From assembly GCA_026914245.1 (NCBI GenBank), contig CP110439.1, positions 5,580,001 through 5,644,000 on the forward strand: a DNA stretch of 64,000 bases, written 5' to 3'. Positions 1 through 12,089 of this stretch are shown here, in pieces; position 1 is the stretch's first letter; the number at the start of each line of letters is the position of its first letter. A model generated the notes under the pieces. That model made no database searches and was not told the DNA's origin. It worked only from the letters and a program-made list of their open reading frames with translations. The stretch comes from Puccinia triticina (Eukaryota). Both the position numbers and the translations under genes were made by a program.

Positions 1-484
1 GTACACGCCCGTCCGCAGATCCGTGTCTGGTCAATTTTTACCGCCACGTGTGGTGCCAACAGCCGCTGGGGCGCAACCAAGCCCTCCGGCCAGATTCAAT
101 ATTCCCTTGCCGTCGCCCACAAAGGACTCTGCGGATTCATTGTTTCCAATAAGCGAGGCGGCTCAGGCGGCCGCAGACAAGCTTGACCTCTCAGACCAAG
201 ACAAGCTTCCTTTTAGCCCGGACCCATCTGTACACGTGTGTTCAACCCGTCAGAACAGCTTGGCAAGCACCAACATCAAAATCCTCCCGCCGCCCAAGTC
301 AGACGTAGATAGGAAGGGGTTTGTCCATTGATCTCCTGCATGCAAGATTGCGCGCAGCCCGCACGGGGATGGCATTGCTCACACAATCAGCCGCCTCAAC
401 TTTGGGAGGGCCAGATCCCCAATTCGCGCCCGGCCCGTTTCGCCAACTCGCAAGACTCCTGCAACTTGTTCCCGCTCTGATTCC

Positions 485-985
485 ATGGCCTCATGGTTTA
501 CCAAGTCTGTGCCCACCGCCAACTACCCGCTCAACGACGCGGGGAAGGCCCTCACAATGGAAGCCTTTCTAGACTTATTGTGTTTTGACAAGGGGGATGT
601 TATCACCCATGGGTTACTCGCGATGTCCCACATCCGCCGATGGGACTTTTTCCTGCAGACCTCCCCTAGGGTATTGGAAACAAAGTTTGGCTTTCCCTAT
701 GCAATTGCTTGCCAGTAGATCAAGGGGGCCATGTGGCTCATTCTGACCCACGTGATTGTCCCCAACCCAAAAGGACATACAAGCCCTCCCCGCCAACCAA
801 TCTCACACAACAAATTCCCGGCGGCCCATCCAAGCAATATCTCCCACGAGCCGCCCATCACGACGGCAATTGCCCCACCCCCTCAAAACTCTGCCAGCGC
901 CGGCGGCCCGCCTGCTCACACGGAGGATCACCCCACGGGCCATGGTACCGATGAGACCACCGCCGACGGCACCCGCAGGGCGTGA
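485..985 (+). pseudogene. Disrupted ORF of a probable rust repeat-associated hypothetical protein family
   Basis: ORFs 485-718 and 731-985 are in the same frame, separated only by a TAG at 716-718. The segment MEAFLDLLCFDKGDVITHGLLAMSHIRRWDFF...FGFPYAIACQ*IKGA resembles a recurrent Puccinia hypothetical-protein motif (recalled, not searched). Confidence 0.3.
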
Positions 986-1363
986 TTGACCATCTAGTTC
1001 ATGGCTGCCAGGGGAGCCATTATGCACAAGCTAGGCCTGGATTCGTGGCCGGCCGGGCTACAATATAACTATTTTATCTAGTCTCACTCTACTTATATCT
1101 AGTATTAGTAAAAATATTGATCCCGGCGTTGATTGCTAGCCGCTATGGCCCATTTCCTCTTTATCTTGCTCCCACTTTATCTCGTCCAAATAAAACCATC
1201 GACCCCGGCTCTGATTGATGTCCGGGCGCGGCGCGCAGTTACCAACTGAAATATAGCTGTTTTTCCTTTTTTCTACTGTTTGTTCCCAAATGGTGATTCC
1301 ACCTGTTATCCGCCATTTGCCACAGTAATACACAACTGAGAGAGACCCAGGCGCCGCTGACGC

Positions 1364-1615
1364 CTTGTGCGGAAAACTGCTTGCGAGACCGCCCCCAGGG
1401 GCGACTGCTGACTTGGCGGATAACAGCCCCCAGGCGCAAATGAGGACTTGTGCGGAATACTGCTTGCAAAGCAGCCCCCAGGGGCTAATGCTGACTTGGT
1501 GGATAACAGCCCCCAGGCGCAACTGAGGACTTCTGCGGAAAACTGCATGCAAAGCAGCCCCCAGGGGCAAATGCTGACTTGGCAGATAACAGCCCCAACG
1601 GGCGACTGCTGACTT
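1364..1615. repeat. 83-bp tandem repeat, about 3 copies
   Basis: The unit cttgtgcggaaaactgc...cagcccccaggcgcaaatgagga starts at 1364, 1447 and 1530, with an internal cagcccccagg sub-repeat. Confidence 0.9.
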
Positions 1616-1807
1616 ACGCAGCCAACAAGGACTTGCCCGTGGCAAGCGCGGGACTTCAGCCTTGACCAATGACTTACGGGCCGCTTTAAAGTGATGTGGG
1701 GTGTCAATATCTGGAGCCCCACAAAGGAGGTATAGCTAAATTGCAAGAATAAATTTCAATTTGATTGATTAAAAAATGATTCAGAAAGGAGGAAGAAAAA
1801 GAATAGA

Positions 1808-1922
1808 AAAGGAACAAGGGGAGACATGGTGGGCCTCTGTTGAATCAGAAAGGAGGAAGTCAAATAATAGAAAAGGAACAAATAATAATAGCAAAGGAAC
1901 AAGGGGAGACATGGTGGGCCTC
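1808..1922 (+). repeat. 30-bp exact direct repeat downstream of the transposase
   Basis: aaaggaacaaggggagacatggtgggcctc occurs at 1808-1837 and 1893-1922. Confidence 0.9.
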
Positions 1923-1944
1923 CGCACCGCGCTGATGCCCACCA

Positions 1945-3073
1945 TCAGAAGCCCCCTGCAGAGTACCCACTGCCAAGAAAGAGGTTCCTCATCATACGAG
2001 GATTGGCAACGATTGGGAGCACATCCTTAATGATCTGAGCGTCCTGCCGGGTCGCCGTCAGAATCTCCATGCGCTTCAGGTAAGTTTTCAGGGTGGCAAA
2101 CGCCTTTTTGATTGGGTTGAAATCCGGAGAATAGGTTGGCAGATACATTAGGAGGACGCCTGTGTTTGCGGATATCTCAGCGATCCGGCCACCATGGTGG
2201 ATAGGAGTGTTGTCCATGATTAGGACACTGTTTTGGCTGGGGAATGGATTCATAACTGGCATCTAGGGGGACACAAAAAGCCAGACGTCAAAAATCAGAA
2301 GATCTTGGCAGATAAGGAAACAGGGAGGCCAACATACCAAGACGTCCTCCAGGAAATACTCCATGTCGATGCGGCGCATCGTTCCCACCTGAGCAATGCA
2401 CTCCAGACACCCGTCCAACGAGACCGCCGGGAGAACCAAAACACGTGGGGCCTCTAGGGGCTTAGGGATGCGTTGAGTGCGGCGGCCGCGTAGTGCCCAG
2501 GCTTTGTCACGTGAGTGTGTCCCAAGCAATACTCCCGCCTTGTCTATAGAAGAAAAGAGGTCAGACAACGTTTTTCCTGTGGGCTGGAAAAAATCTGGAG
2601 AGTGGCTTACCCACAAACACCAGAAAATCCGCAGGATAATACCCCACGCGGGCCACGTAGCTTGCCCGTGCCTCGGGGCATTGGTTCGGATTCACGGTCC
2701 GGGCGGTTTTCTTTGTCATGAGAAGGCAGTACTTCAACTCCGCTTGTATGGTGCTGATGGGATGTTGAGTGCCGGTCATTGCCTGGATGTGATTCTGGAT
2801 CTCATCCAGGTAAAGGGTGGGCTCTGCCTCCAGCGCAGCAAGGACGAACTCAGCCTCCTCGCGGCTGAACGCCAATGGGCAACCCCGCTTGGCGTAAAGG
2901 GCCGGGTCTCTGACAACATCGCGGGTGTGTCGGTACAAGTTCTTCCACTGGAGGAGGGAGTCTTCGGAGACTTTGTGGTTGAGCGTTCGATTCATCTCCG
3001 CGAGCGATTTGCCTCGCACCGCCAATTTGACAACAATCACCTTCACGTTGCGCAAATACTTCACAAACACCAT
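1945..3073 (-). mobile_element. Tc1/IS630-family (DD34E) transposase, 3 exons, catalytic Glu mutated
   Basis: Exons 3073-2611, 2543-2338 and 2262-1945 (GT-AG introns) give 328 aa. It has an HTH-like N-terminus (PTLYLDEIQ), FVD-K, IMDNTPIHH and YLPTYSPDFNPIK, with exactly 34 residues between the second Asp and the expected Glu (here Lys). TIRs were not found. Confidence 0.9.
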
Positions 3074-3288
3074 TGGATCTGCGCAAAAAAAACACATTGG
3101 TGAGTGGGGGGAGCGTGAAGAAACACCCCAAACAGTGACGGCACATGGCTCACCACTAGCGGTATGGAGATTGGAGGCTGGAGATTCTGTGATCTTGTCG
3201 GTGGTGCAGTCAACGGCCTTGTGCTGGTCTGGAAGGTGGGCCGGGCAATGGACGGAGGGGGTTGGGGGGTCAGCTGAGGGTTTTTTAT

Positions 3289-3290
<2 letters not shown>

Positions 3291-3321
<31 letters not shown>
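3291..3321 (+). repeat. G31 homopolymer (a further G17 lies at 3462-3478)
   Basis: Direct count. Confidence 0.9.
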
Positions 3322-3324
<3 letters not shown>

Positions 3325-4341
3325 GCTCACCAATCACGGCAAAAAAGAAAATGTTTGGCGGTGGGGTGGCTGGCTGGCTGGCAGGGTTGTGGGTGGGTGG
3401 ATGGTGGGTGGGTCCGGTTGGGCGGGGAGGGGGGATTTTGTTGGGGGGCATTGTTGCTGGAGGGGGGGGGGGGGGGGGAATGGGACGGATGAAGGTGGAA
3501 GAAGGGGGAATAATTGGAAGGTTTGGAAGGTCCGGTGGCGGAGGTGGACTGGCATGTTTGGTGGATATTCTGGCTGCCAGACCTGCAAGCTTTCCTGGCC
3601 TTGCTGTACCTGTCATCAAACAGCCTCATCTGGAACTAGACCAGACCTATCACTTGATCAAAACTTGCCAAGCTTAGCTTGGTGGGTCTTGTTATCTGAT
3701 AGCAGAAGGGCAGAGTTTTGCACCTCCATCATCCCCTTCACCATCCAGCAAAAGGGTTTCACAGCCACTTTTGAGCCTTTCAACGTTCTTTGACTTCAAT
3801 TTGTTAGAACAATTTCCTCTGCTAAACAAGGACAACAGGGTCATTGATGTTGATGCAATCAATACCAACCCTGACAAGGATTCAACCTGGAACCCCCAAG
3901 ACCTCATGCGCTGATTTGCTTGAAAATGTCATGGTTTCTTTATCTATATAAATACTTAAAAATTTCCTTCATAAGCTTAAACATTTCACGTATAAGCAAT
4001 CCATCCATTTTATGGTTTTACCAAAAACAAAAACAATGAGGTGCCAGCTGGCGCGCACTTCTTCAGAAATGGCGCCCACAACCATGCTGGCTGCACATCA
4101 CCCCTACATCCAAGGGTGATTTCCTCAGCCACCGTTCCGCCAACTGGCTCCCAGGTGGAGCAGCCCCGCCCTGGCCCCCAGGCCGCCTCGCCCCCGACCC
4201 AAACACACCCAAGCACACCCTGCATATCCACACACAAAGACAACAACCAAGCATCGGAAAAGAGTACAATAACAACAACAGCAGCCGGGAGAGAGAGGAC
4301 GGGTATGGCGGGTATGGATGGCAGAAAAAGCGGGGAAGGGG

Positions 4342-4342
<1 letters not shown>

Positions 4343-4385
<43 letters not shown>
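4343..4385 (+). repeat. G43 homopolymer abutting the fasciclin stop codon
   Basis: Direct count; it reads as poly-C on the fasciclin sense strand immediately after TAA. Confidence 0.9.
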
Positions 4386-4388
<3 letters not shown>

Positions 4389-7269
4389 TTCCTCGACGGG
4401 CTCGACGACCCTGTACCCCAGGTCCGGGCGAGCCCGGCCGTCGGCGCGCGCGCCCGGGACGCCGCGCCACCATCTACACACAGACAGGGTCAGCCAGAGC
4501 GTGGGAGGGTCGGGGAACAGAGAAGAGGACTCAACTGTCTGCCGTACGCTTTCCAGATCCAGATTCCGCCGGCGGCCGCCGCCGCAAGAAGCGCGCCGGC
4601 GGCGACGGCGAGGACGAGCACGCGGGCGATGCGGGTCCAGAGGGAGGGCAGGTACGGGACGAGGACGTGGTCGAGGACGAGGACGCCGCCGACGCTGCTC
4701 CAGGGCTCGCCCCGTTCCTCGACGATCGCGGGGGAAGTCCTGCCGGAGCGGAGGACGGCGGAGGCGTGGGAGGAGCCGTCGGAGGCGCGGGCGCCCCTGA
4801 TCCCGACCACCCAGCGGCCGCCGCCCGTCCGCTCCTTCCCCCCGTCCCCATCGTCTCCATAGGCGTCCGAGGAGAGCGGGGCGGCGCGGAAGAAGACGGC
4901 GCCGAACTGGCTCGGCCCGCCTTCCTCGCGACTCAGCAGGGTGGGGTACACGGCGCCGTCGGCGAGGATGAGCGGCGCAGGGCCTTGGTCGACGGGCGCG
5001 GGGGCCGGCGGGCCCGGACGGGGGACGGGGATGAGGTGTTGTTGGACGAGGGCGGTGAGTCTTTGGGGGTGTTCGAGGAAGTAGGTGAGGTTGATCTTGG
5101 TGAACGCGGCGTCGGAGGGACACAGGACGGTGAACGCCCTCCTGCCCTTGGTACCATGATGGGTGGTGTTGAGGATCCAGTCGAAGTTGGTCTTCTGGAG
5201 GAGCTCGAGCATGGTCGCGGCTTTGGCGCCCAGGAGCAGCTTGCGCAGGTCGATGGGCACCGAGGGGGGGAGGAGGACCTGGTCGACGAGGAGGAGGTTC
5301 CCGTTAGCGGTGAGGGAGTCGGCGGGGCTGAGGACGCGAGCGTCGCGGAGGTCGCCGTTGAGTGGGATCCCGGCGAGGGTGGGCCCGTGGAGGGAGACGT
5401 TGCGGGCGTCGGGCTTGCTCAGGAAGAGCTCCGCGCCGGCGGGCTCGAGGGTCGGGTAGCGGCGGCTGGCGCCCAGGGCCAGCTCGGCCAGATAGACCGG
5501 CTCGGCCACGCCGTGGTAGCGCAGCACCCGGCCAAGCTCGGCCTTGGAGCGCTCCAGCAGCAGATAGTCCATCACGAGCCCCAGCCGGCCGAAGGCCCGG
5601 TTGGTCGGCATCATGTAGGTCAGCTCGGCCGTCCCGCGCAGCGCGTCCTCGAGCTTGGCCGAGAAGATCGAGGCGACACCCGTGGAGACGCGGATGTCGG
5701 AGAGGGCGACTTGGAGCAGGTCGGCCGGAGGGGCGACGATCTGGGAGAGGATGTAGATGGCCGTGTTGCCGACCTGGACCGGGTCCCCGCCGAGGACATT
5801 GGCGCCGCCGAAGCCGACGATCGCCGTCGTCTTCTTCTTCTTCTGGTCGCTGCTCGGCTCGTCGTGGGAGACAGAGACGGGCATGCGCTGCTTGGCGTGC
5901 GAGGCCGGGGCGGCGAAGGCGAGCTCGGTGGGGAGCATCATCCCGTCGCGCAGATCGGCGGGCAGATAGGTGCCTTCGAGGACGTGGTAGCGGAGCGACT
6001 TGCGGAGACTCTCGGTGTCGTTCGTGTCCAGCCGGCCGAACGAGGCGGAGGCGGAGGCGAGGGCGTCGTCGCGGACGGCCAGGATGGTGTAGTTGCTCGG
6101 GGCCCGGTTGGTGAGGTATGTGCTGCTCAGGTTGGCCTGGCGGAACAGACTAACAAACTTGGTGCAGTTGAGCGCCAGGAGGTATTTTTCGGCGGTCAGT
6201 TGGAGCGGGTTGTCGCCGCTGGAAATGAGCAAGTTGGGGACGATGTGCAGGACGCCTGTGCGGGAAAGTGATCAGTAGCAGCGACTCGGGCTAAGATATT
6301 TTTGGACTGACCGTTGCTAGCCAGGATGTCCTGTTCGACGACCTCTGAGCCGTTGATCGAGAGACGATCGGAGTCGGGCGAGCGGCCGATGGCGAGGGCT
6401 TTCCCGTCGAGGGTGAGGAGGGAGGAAGCATGGCGGAGGCGGTGAGCGTAGCCGACGCCCTCGGGGCGGAGGACGTTGTCGGCGGCGGCCTGGCGGAAGA
6501 GTTTGGCGGCGTCGTCGGCGCTGAAGGAGGAGCGGAGATAGGCGCGCTCGACGGGGCTGAGGGCGTCCCAGGCGGCGTTGACGGGGGCGAAGAGGGTGAG
6601 ATGGGGCAGGAGGCTGAGCTGGGCGAGCAGGCGATCGGGCAGGATGGCGAGATAGGAGCTCAGATCGGGGGTCGCCCGGAGCAGCTCCTGGAGCGAGGGC
6701 GGGGGACTGAGGACCGCCTGGATGGGGACGAGGGTGGCGTTGGGGGCGGTGCGGAAGGCGGCGGGGGGCGGGAGGGCGATGCCGGCGAGTCCGCGGGCGT
6801 CGACGCCGATGTAGCGGACCTGGTCGCGGAGGGCGATTCGCAGTTTCTGGGGCTGGTGGCCGAGCAGGAGCTTGTGCTGGCCGTCGGGCGACTGGGGGAA
6901 GAGCAGGGTGTCGAGCAGCTCGGGCGGCTGCTGGCTTGTTTTGGGCTCGGGCAGGGATGCGTTGAGGAGATGGTAGAGCAGCGTCTGTCGGAGTGCGAGG
7001 TGGACGTTGTCCTGTGCGGCGAGCAGGCTGCTGAGTGCGGGGGCGTTGGCGATGGCCTGGTTGGTGGGTGCGAAGAGGGTGGCTGTTGGGAGCTGGTTGA
7101 GGGTGGGGACGAGTCTGGCGATCTGGATTAGATGGAGGAGGGAGGAGTGTTCGGGGGAGCGGGCGAGCAGGTCGATGAGCGTGGGGCGGCTGGGGATGCT
7201 GAGGATGGTCTGCTGGGCTGCGATGCTGGTGGAGGCGAGCAGCAGCAGCAGGATTGCGAGTAGGACCAT
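4386..7269 (-). CDS. Fasciclin (FAS1) multi-domain type I membrane protein
   Basis: Signal peptide MVLLAILLLLLASTSIAA. FAS1 H1 motifs TLFAPTNQA, TLFAPVNAAW, TYMMPTNRAF and TVLCPSDAAF; LLYH/LRYH motifs; H2 motif NGVLHIV formed across an intron. C-terminal TM helix. Exons 7269-6312, 6255-4548 and 4473-4386 give 917 aa ending GYRVVEPVEE*. Confidence 0.9.
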
Positions 7270-7393
7270 CGTTGGATGGATGGATGGTGGTTCGTGGATG
7301 GATGGATGGATGTTTCGAGGAAAACAAGGGGATTGCTATTGATACATTCCCCGGGACACTCCCCCGGGGGAAAACACACAAACACAACAACAA

Positions 7394-10300
7394 CTACAGA
7401 TCGCTGGGAACATCATCGTACTCGATGGTCTGCTCATCGGGCACACAGAACGAGTCGAAGCTGAACCGGTCGTCGCTCTTCGCGGGCTCAGAAGAGTCCG
7501 GCAGCCGGCTGGTAGACTGCAGCTGGACGGGCGGAGCGGGGGGAGGGGGAGAGCGGGGGCGGCCGAGCCTGCGCCTGACGACGGAGAGCGGCTGGGACAT
7601 CATCAGGATGCTGGCCCGGTAGAAGCTCGCCATGCTCTTGTCCGGCGAACAGGCGTCCTCGAGCCGCGACGACGACGAGCCCTCGACCAGGAAGTCGCGG
7701 TCGACCGAGTTCTCCGACGCGATCTCCTCCGAACTGCTCCCGCCCTTCCGCTTCTTCTTCTTCCTCCGCTTCCTCTTCTTCTTCTTCTTGTCCCCGCCAT
7801 CGCCAGCCCCAGCCTCAGGCGAGGAGCCCGAGCTGGAAGTGTCCGACTCCGACGCTTCCAGATCAAACCTAAGAGCACCTCTCTCAGCATCCCCCATCCA
7901 CTTCGATTTCGAGAGAGAGAGAGAAACCTACAGCCCAGTCTTCAGCGCCCATTCGTTGCCCCGCACGGCCTCCTTCTGCTTGCCCTTCCCAGCCGCCGCG
8001 ACCCTCGTCTTCTTGGGGCCCCTGGCAGGCCCGGGCGGGTCCTGGGCCCGCGCCTTGCCGGCCGCCGCGCCGCGTCGTCTGCGGCGCTCGTCGTCCGACT
8101 CGTCGTCGGCGCTGTCGGCGGCAATCGTCCGCTTGGCGCGCGCCTCGAGCCCGGCCTCGTCAGCGAGCGCCGGCCGGCGTCTGGCGCGGGGCATCTGGGT
8201 GGTGGGGAGGGGCGCGACGAACGCGTCGCCGTTCGAGTACTCGCTCGGGCTCAGCGGCGGCGCCGCCGGGGGCCTGTTCTGGGCGCGCGCACGGACCAGC
8301 AGCGGCGACTGCTGCTCGTCGCCTGCGTCCGCGAACCGGGCCCGGCCCAGCAGCCGCTTCGTCCCCGCCGCGGGCTCGCCCGATGGGCCACGGGGCGTCA
8401 CCGGCGCCTCCTCCCGTCGTCGCACCGGCACGTCCGCCTGGAACGGCGCAGGCTCGGCCACCGCGCTCTTGAACCCTGCCAGCCGCCGGAAACCACTCGA
8501 CTGGCCGTCTGCCCGGGTCGAGTCGGCGAGACGCTGCTGCTGCTGTGCAGAAGACGTAGATACCACCGGGGGCGAGCGAGCGACGATCGGAGGCGGCGGT
8601 AACAGGGCTGCCGGCTTAGAAGAAGTCCTCGCCGAAGGAATGAACGCGTCGACCTCCGGGAGCTCGTCGTCCATCGAAGAAGGGGCTGCGAGGACTTGGC
8701 TCGATCCGCGGATACCAACCCCACCCGCCGAAGGACTCGACAAGAGTCGGGGGGAACTGGGCACAACAGGCGGCACCGGACTTTCCTCTGCGCACGGAGT
8801 CCAGCGACGGGCCACAGAGCGCGGCCCGCCGGAGCAGAACCGGAACGGCTTCTGGGCCCCAGTGCCCCTTGCCTCGACGGGCCACCAGAGAAGCTTAGAG
8901 GACTCGAGCCCGGCCACCTGGCGGTCCCTCCACTGCTCGTAGCACGCCTCGTCGTCCACGAACGCCGCGCATCGGCCCATCAGCCGCGCGTATGTCTGCG
9001 ACGGCAGGATGTTCCGCGCCATCCGCTTGCTGGGCGGGACGGCGTCGAGCCGCGAGCCGAGCTCGCTCTTGGTCGCCAGAGACTCGATCCGCACGTCCGT
9101 CGGGTCGATCGGCGCCGGCACGGAGGAGATGTTTCGGGCCCAGTGGCGCGCCAGTTCGGCGGCCTGGGCGTCCGTCAACAGGGCCGCCTCCGCCCGCTGG
9201 CGTAGCCCTTCGGCCTTCGACTTCGGGCCCACCGCGTAGTCCTTCGCACTCACGAAGCCATACACCCCGCCCGCGGGAATGTCCTCGACACCGGGCCGCT
9301 TGCGCTTCGTAGCCTTTTCCTTCTTCTTGCGCCCGGAGGGAGGGGCGGCCGCCAGCTCGACCTGCTCGGCTATGTAGGGCTGCACATCCAGCTCCTTGTC
9401 CACCGGCGTCGGGCGGACCTCCTCCGGGACGAGCCGCTCGCAGTCCTCGTAGAGCTCCAGCACCTTTTTCGAGAGCAGCGCATTCTGCACGTGTTGGTAT
9501 TGGTCCTGCGCCTTCTCCCAGTTCTTGTCCTCTCGCCCCTCAGCAATCAGCACGATCACCTTCCCATCCTCATTCCGTCCAGTCCGTCCAAGACGTTGCA
9601 ACTATATAATCAATCCGGTTACTATGTAGCAGTAATCAAGATCGGCCAGAGAGAGAGAGAGGCATACCATTCTGAGAGGGCTTTTCTGAGCCTCATAACA
9701 AATGATAAAATCCAGAGCGCCGATATCCAATCCTTCCTCGCCGATCGAGGTGGCCACCAAGACGTTGAACTCGTTATTCTTGAACCTTTGGATGGTCTCG
9801 TTCTGAGTTTTCTGGTTCATGCCGCGGTTCCCGCGGACGTCGTTAGACTGGCCGACGAACGCAGACGCCTTGATGAGCGGGCGTTCCTGGTTGAGGTAGT
9901 TGACGATGTCGGTGACCATGTCCCGGAAATGACAAAAGATCATCACGCGGGACGATTTGCCCTGCTCTTGAGCCTCGACAAAGAACTCGAGCACCAGCGC
10001 CTTCATCTTCTCCATCTTGGGATGCGGCACGAAGCCCGCCGATTGGGTGAGCTCGCGGATCTCGCTCATCAGCGACTTGTAGCCCATTTGACTGCACACG
10101 CCGGCCGCGCATCTACCCGATTCCTCCTTGAGTTCCTGCATCTTCTCGAACGCCAGTGTAATCGAGTATTCGAGCAACTTGGCCATCGCCGTCGCCATCT
10201 TGGACAGCACAGCGAGGTTCGGGCGCAGATAGCTCTTCTCCTTGGGGATGTGCATCTGCGCAGCGGTGATCGAGAAGGCATGGATGTAGGCCGGCTCTTT

Positions 10301-11869
10301 GGAGCCGTGGAACAGCGAGCCGCATTGCTTGATCAGCGGCAGCATCAGCGTTCCCCATTTGTCGCGGATCGAAGCGAGCTCTGGGGTCAGTGAAATCTTC
10401 TCGAGGACGATTTCTTTGTTTTTCGTGTAGGGCACGATGTCCATCGACTCTTCGGTTCGGACCTCGATATGCCCAATCTGAACAAGAAGGAGGAAACGTT
10501 AGATGTGCTGTGACATGCGCGATAAGCTTGACTCACATGTAAGTTATCGATCACTGCCTGTACACGCTCGGGATCACTTCCAGGCGTGGCAGTCAATGCC
10601 AAGACTCTGAAGTGAGGATTGAATCTCATCAAGAGCTTGACCACGATACAATACGCGTAGGCGCCGGTGGCACGGTGGGCCTCGTCGACGACCAAGCAGA
10701 TGATATCCTCCGGGCGCAAGCTGCCGCGCCTCAGATCGTTGGCGACCGTCTGGGGCGTCGCAAAGATCACCCGCTTCTCGCGCCAGGCTATCGCCCTCTT
10801 GGCCGCCGACGTCGTCCCCGTGAGGGACACGCAGTCAACCGACGGGATCCCCGCGATAGAGTGGCATGCTTCGATCTGGTGTTTTTCAACATCCAACTCG
10901 TCACTCCTCGCGATATCTCCAAGCAACATATCAATCTCACCTGTTGTTGTACCAATGGTCTAGTGGGGGCAAGAAAGATGACTTTCCCGCGAGGGTACCA
11001 GCGGTAAAAGCTGTTTTTTTTTTTTTTTTGACACAAAGGGATATGTGAGTGGTCCGAGTTTAGATGTGGAAGCTCAAGAGAGAGTGTATGAGTAGGGAAA
11101 GGGTCTCGCACTTAAGCATTACGACGGCAGCGATGAATGTTTTCCCTAAGCCTGTTGGCAGACTTACCAGGCAGTTATTGTAGAGTGCTCTGGCGACGAT
11201 ATCGTACTGGTACTTGCGCTTGGGCTTGTTGATGCTGTAGATCCAGGTCTTGATGGCCTCGGGGTCAGATTCGAGCTTCATGGGCACGGGCTTCTGCGCG
11301 GTTTCCAGGAGCGCCTTGGCCAGCAGATCCGTGTCCGAGTCCAGCTCCTCCTCGTCGACCATCTCCTCGTCATCGTCCTCGGCGGGCGCGAACCTGGACT
11401 TCTTCTTGCGCTTCTGCTTGCCGTCCTGGAGGATGTCGGGGAGCACCTTGATCGCGCTGAGGGTGTCCCATTTCTTGACCTTCTTGACTTGGGGCTCCTG
11501 CTGTGTTGCTCTGGGCACGGGCGGCTGGTACTGCGAGCTAGTGGATTGTTTGCTGGCCCGGGTGGGCTTGGCGGGCACTTGGCTGGCGCCGAAGATGGTG
11601 GTCTGCGTGTACTTCTTCTGCGTCAAGCAGCTGCTGGGTCCGGCGGTAGGCCGGGTGGGCGGTGGAGGGGCGGATGTGGCGGCACTGACAACTGCATCGA
11701 ATGCGGCGGCGTCGATGTCGTCGTCGAAGCAGTCGTCCGAGCTGCTTGCCAGTACCACTGCGGGCTGGCGGGAGGGTGGCGGGACGGAGGTGGCGGCGGC
11801 GGCAGTGAGGACAGCATCGAAGGCAGCCTCGTCGATATCATCGTCGAAGAAGTCATCGAGATCGGACAT
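7394..11869 (-). CDS. MPH1: Mph1/FANCM-family DEAH-box DNA helicase (multi-exon)
   Basis: Motifs [56 protein letters not shown] and QRLGRTGR. Start MSDLDDFF at 11869. The last intron (7931-7869) joins to LFDLEA. Confidence 0.92.
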
Positions 11870-12089
11870 GGTGGCTGTTGGGATGGTAGGAGGACATGAA
11901 CCGTGGAGAGATGGAATAGTTGGTTGCGGGTGAGGATATGCTGGGGTCACGGATATCGAGATATCCGGATATGTATCCCTTTCTTCCCGGGGAGCCCCGA
12001 GGCAGACCCCCGTGATCGAGGGTAGCACCCCTTTCCCCTCCTGGCGAAGAGAGTTGCCCACTTCGTGACTTCCACTTCCTCGGATCAGG

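Noticed and set aside
3074..3619. Proline-rich N-terminal extension of the transposase ORF
   Set aside because: Produced by poly-C runs; the family-like sequence starts at the ATG at 3073.
3690..3915. Possible hAT transposase C-terminal remnant (FDFNLLEQF...WNPQDLMR*)
   Set aside because: Too short and degenerate to support without a search.
1186..4020. Candidate TIRs for the Tc1 element (taaaaccat / atggtttta)
   Set aside because: Only a 9-bp match with no extension or clear TA duplication.
4667..8942. Long + strand ORFs (4667-6271, 6430-7131, 7632-8942)
   Set aside because: Antisense shadows of the GC-rich fasciclin and MPH1 genes; no recognisable motifs.
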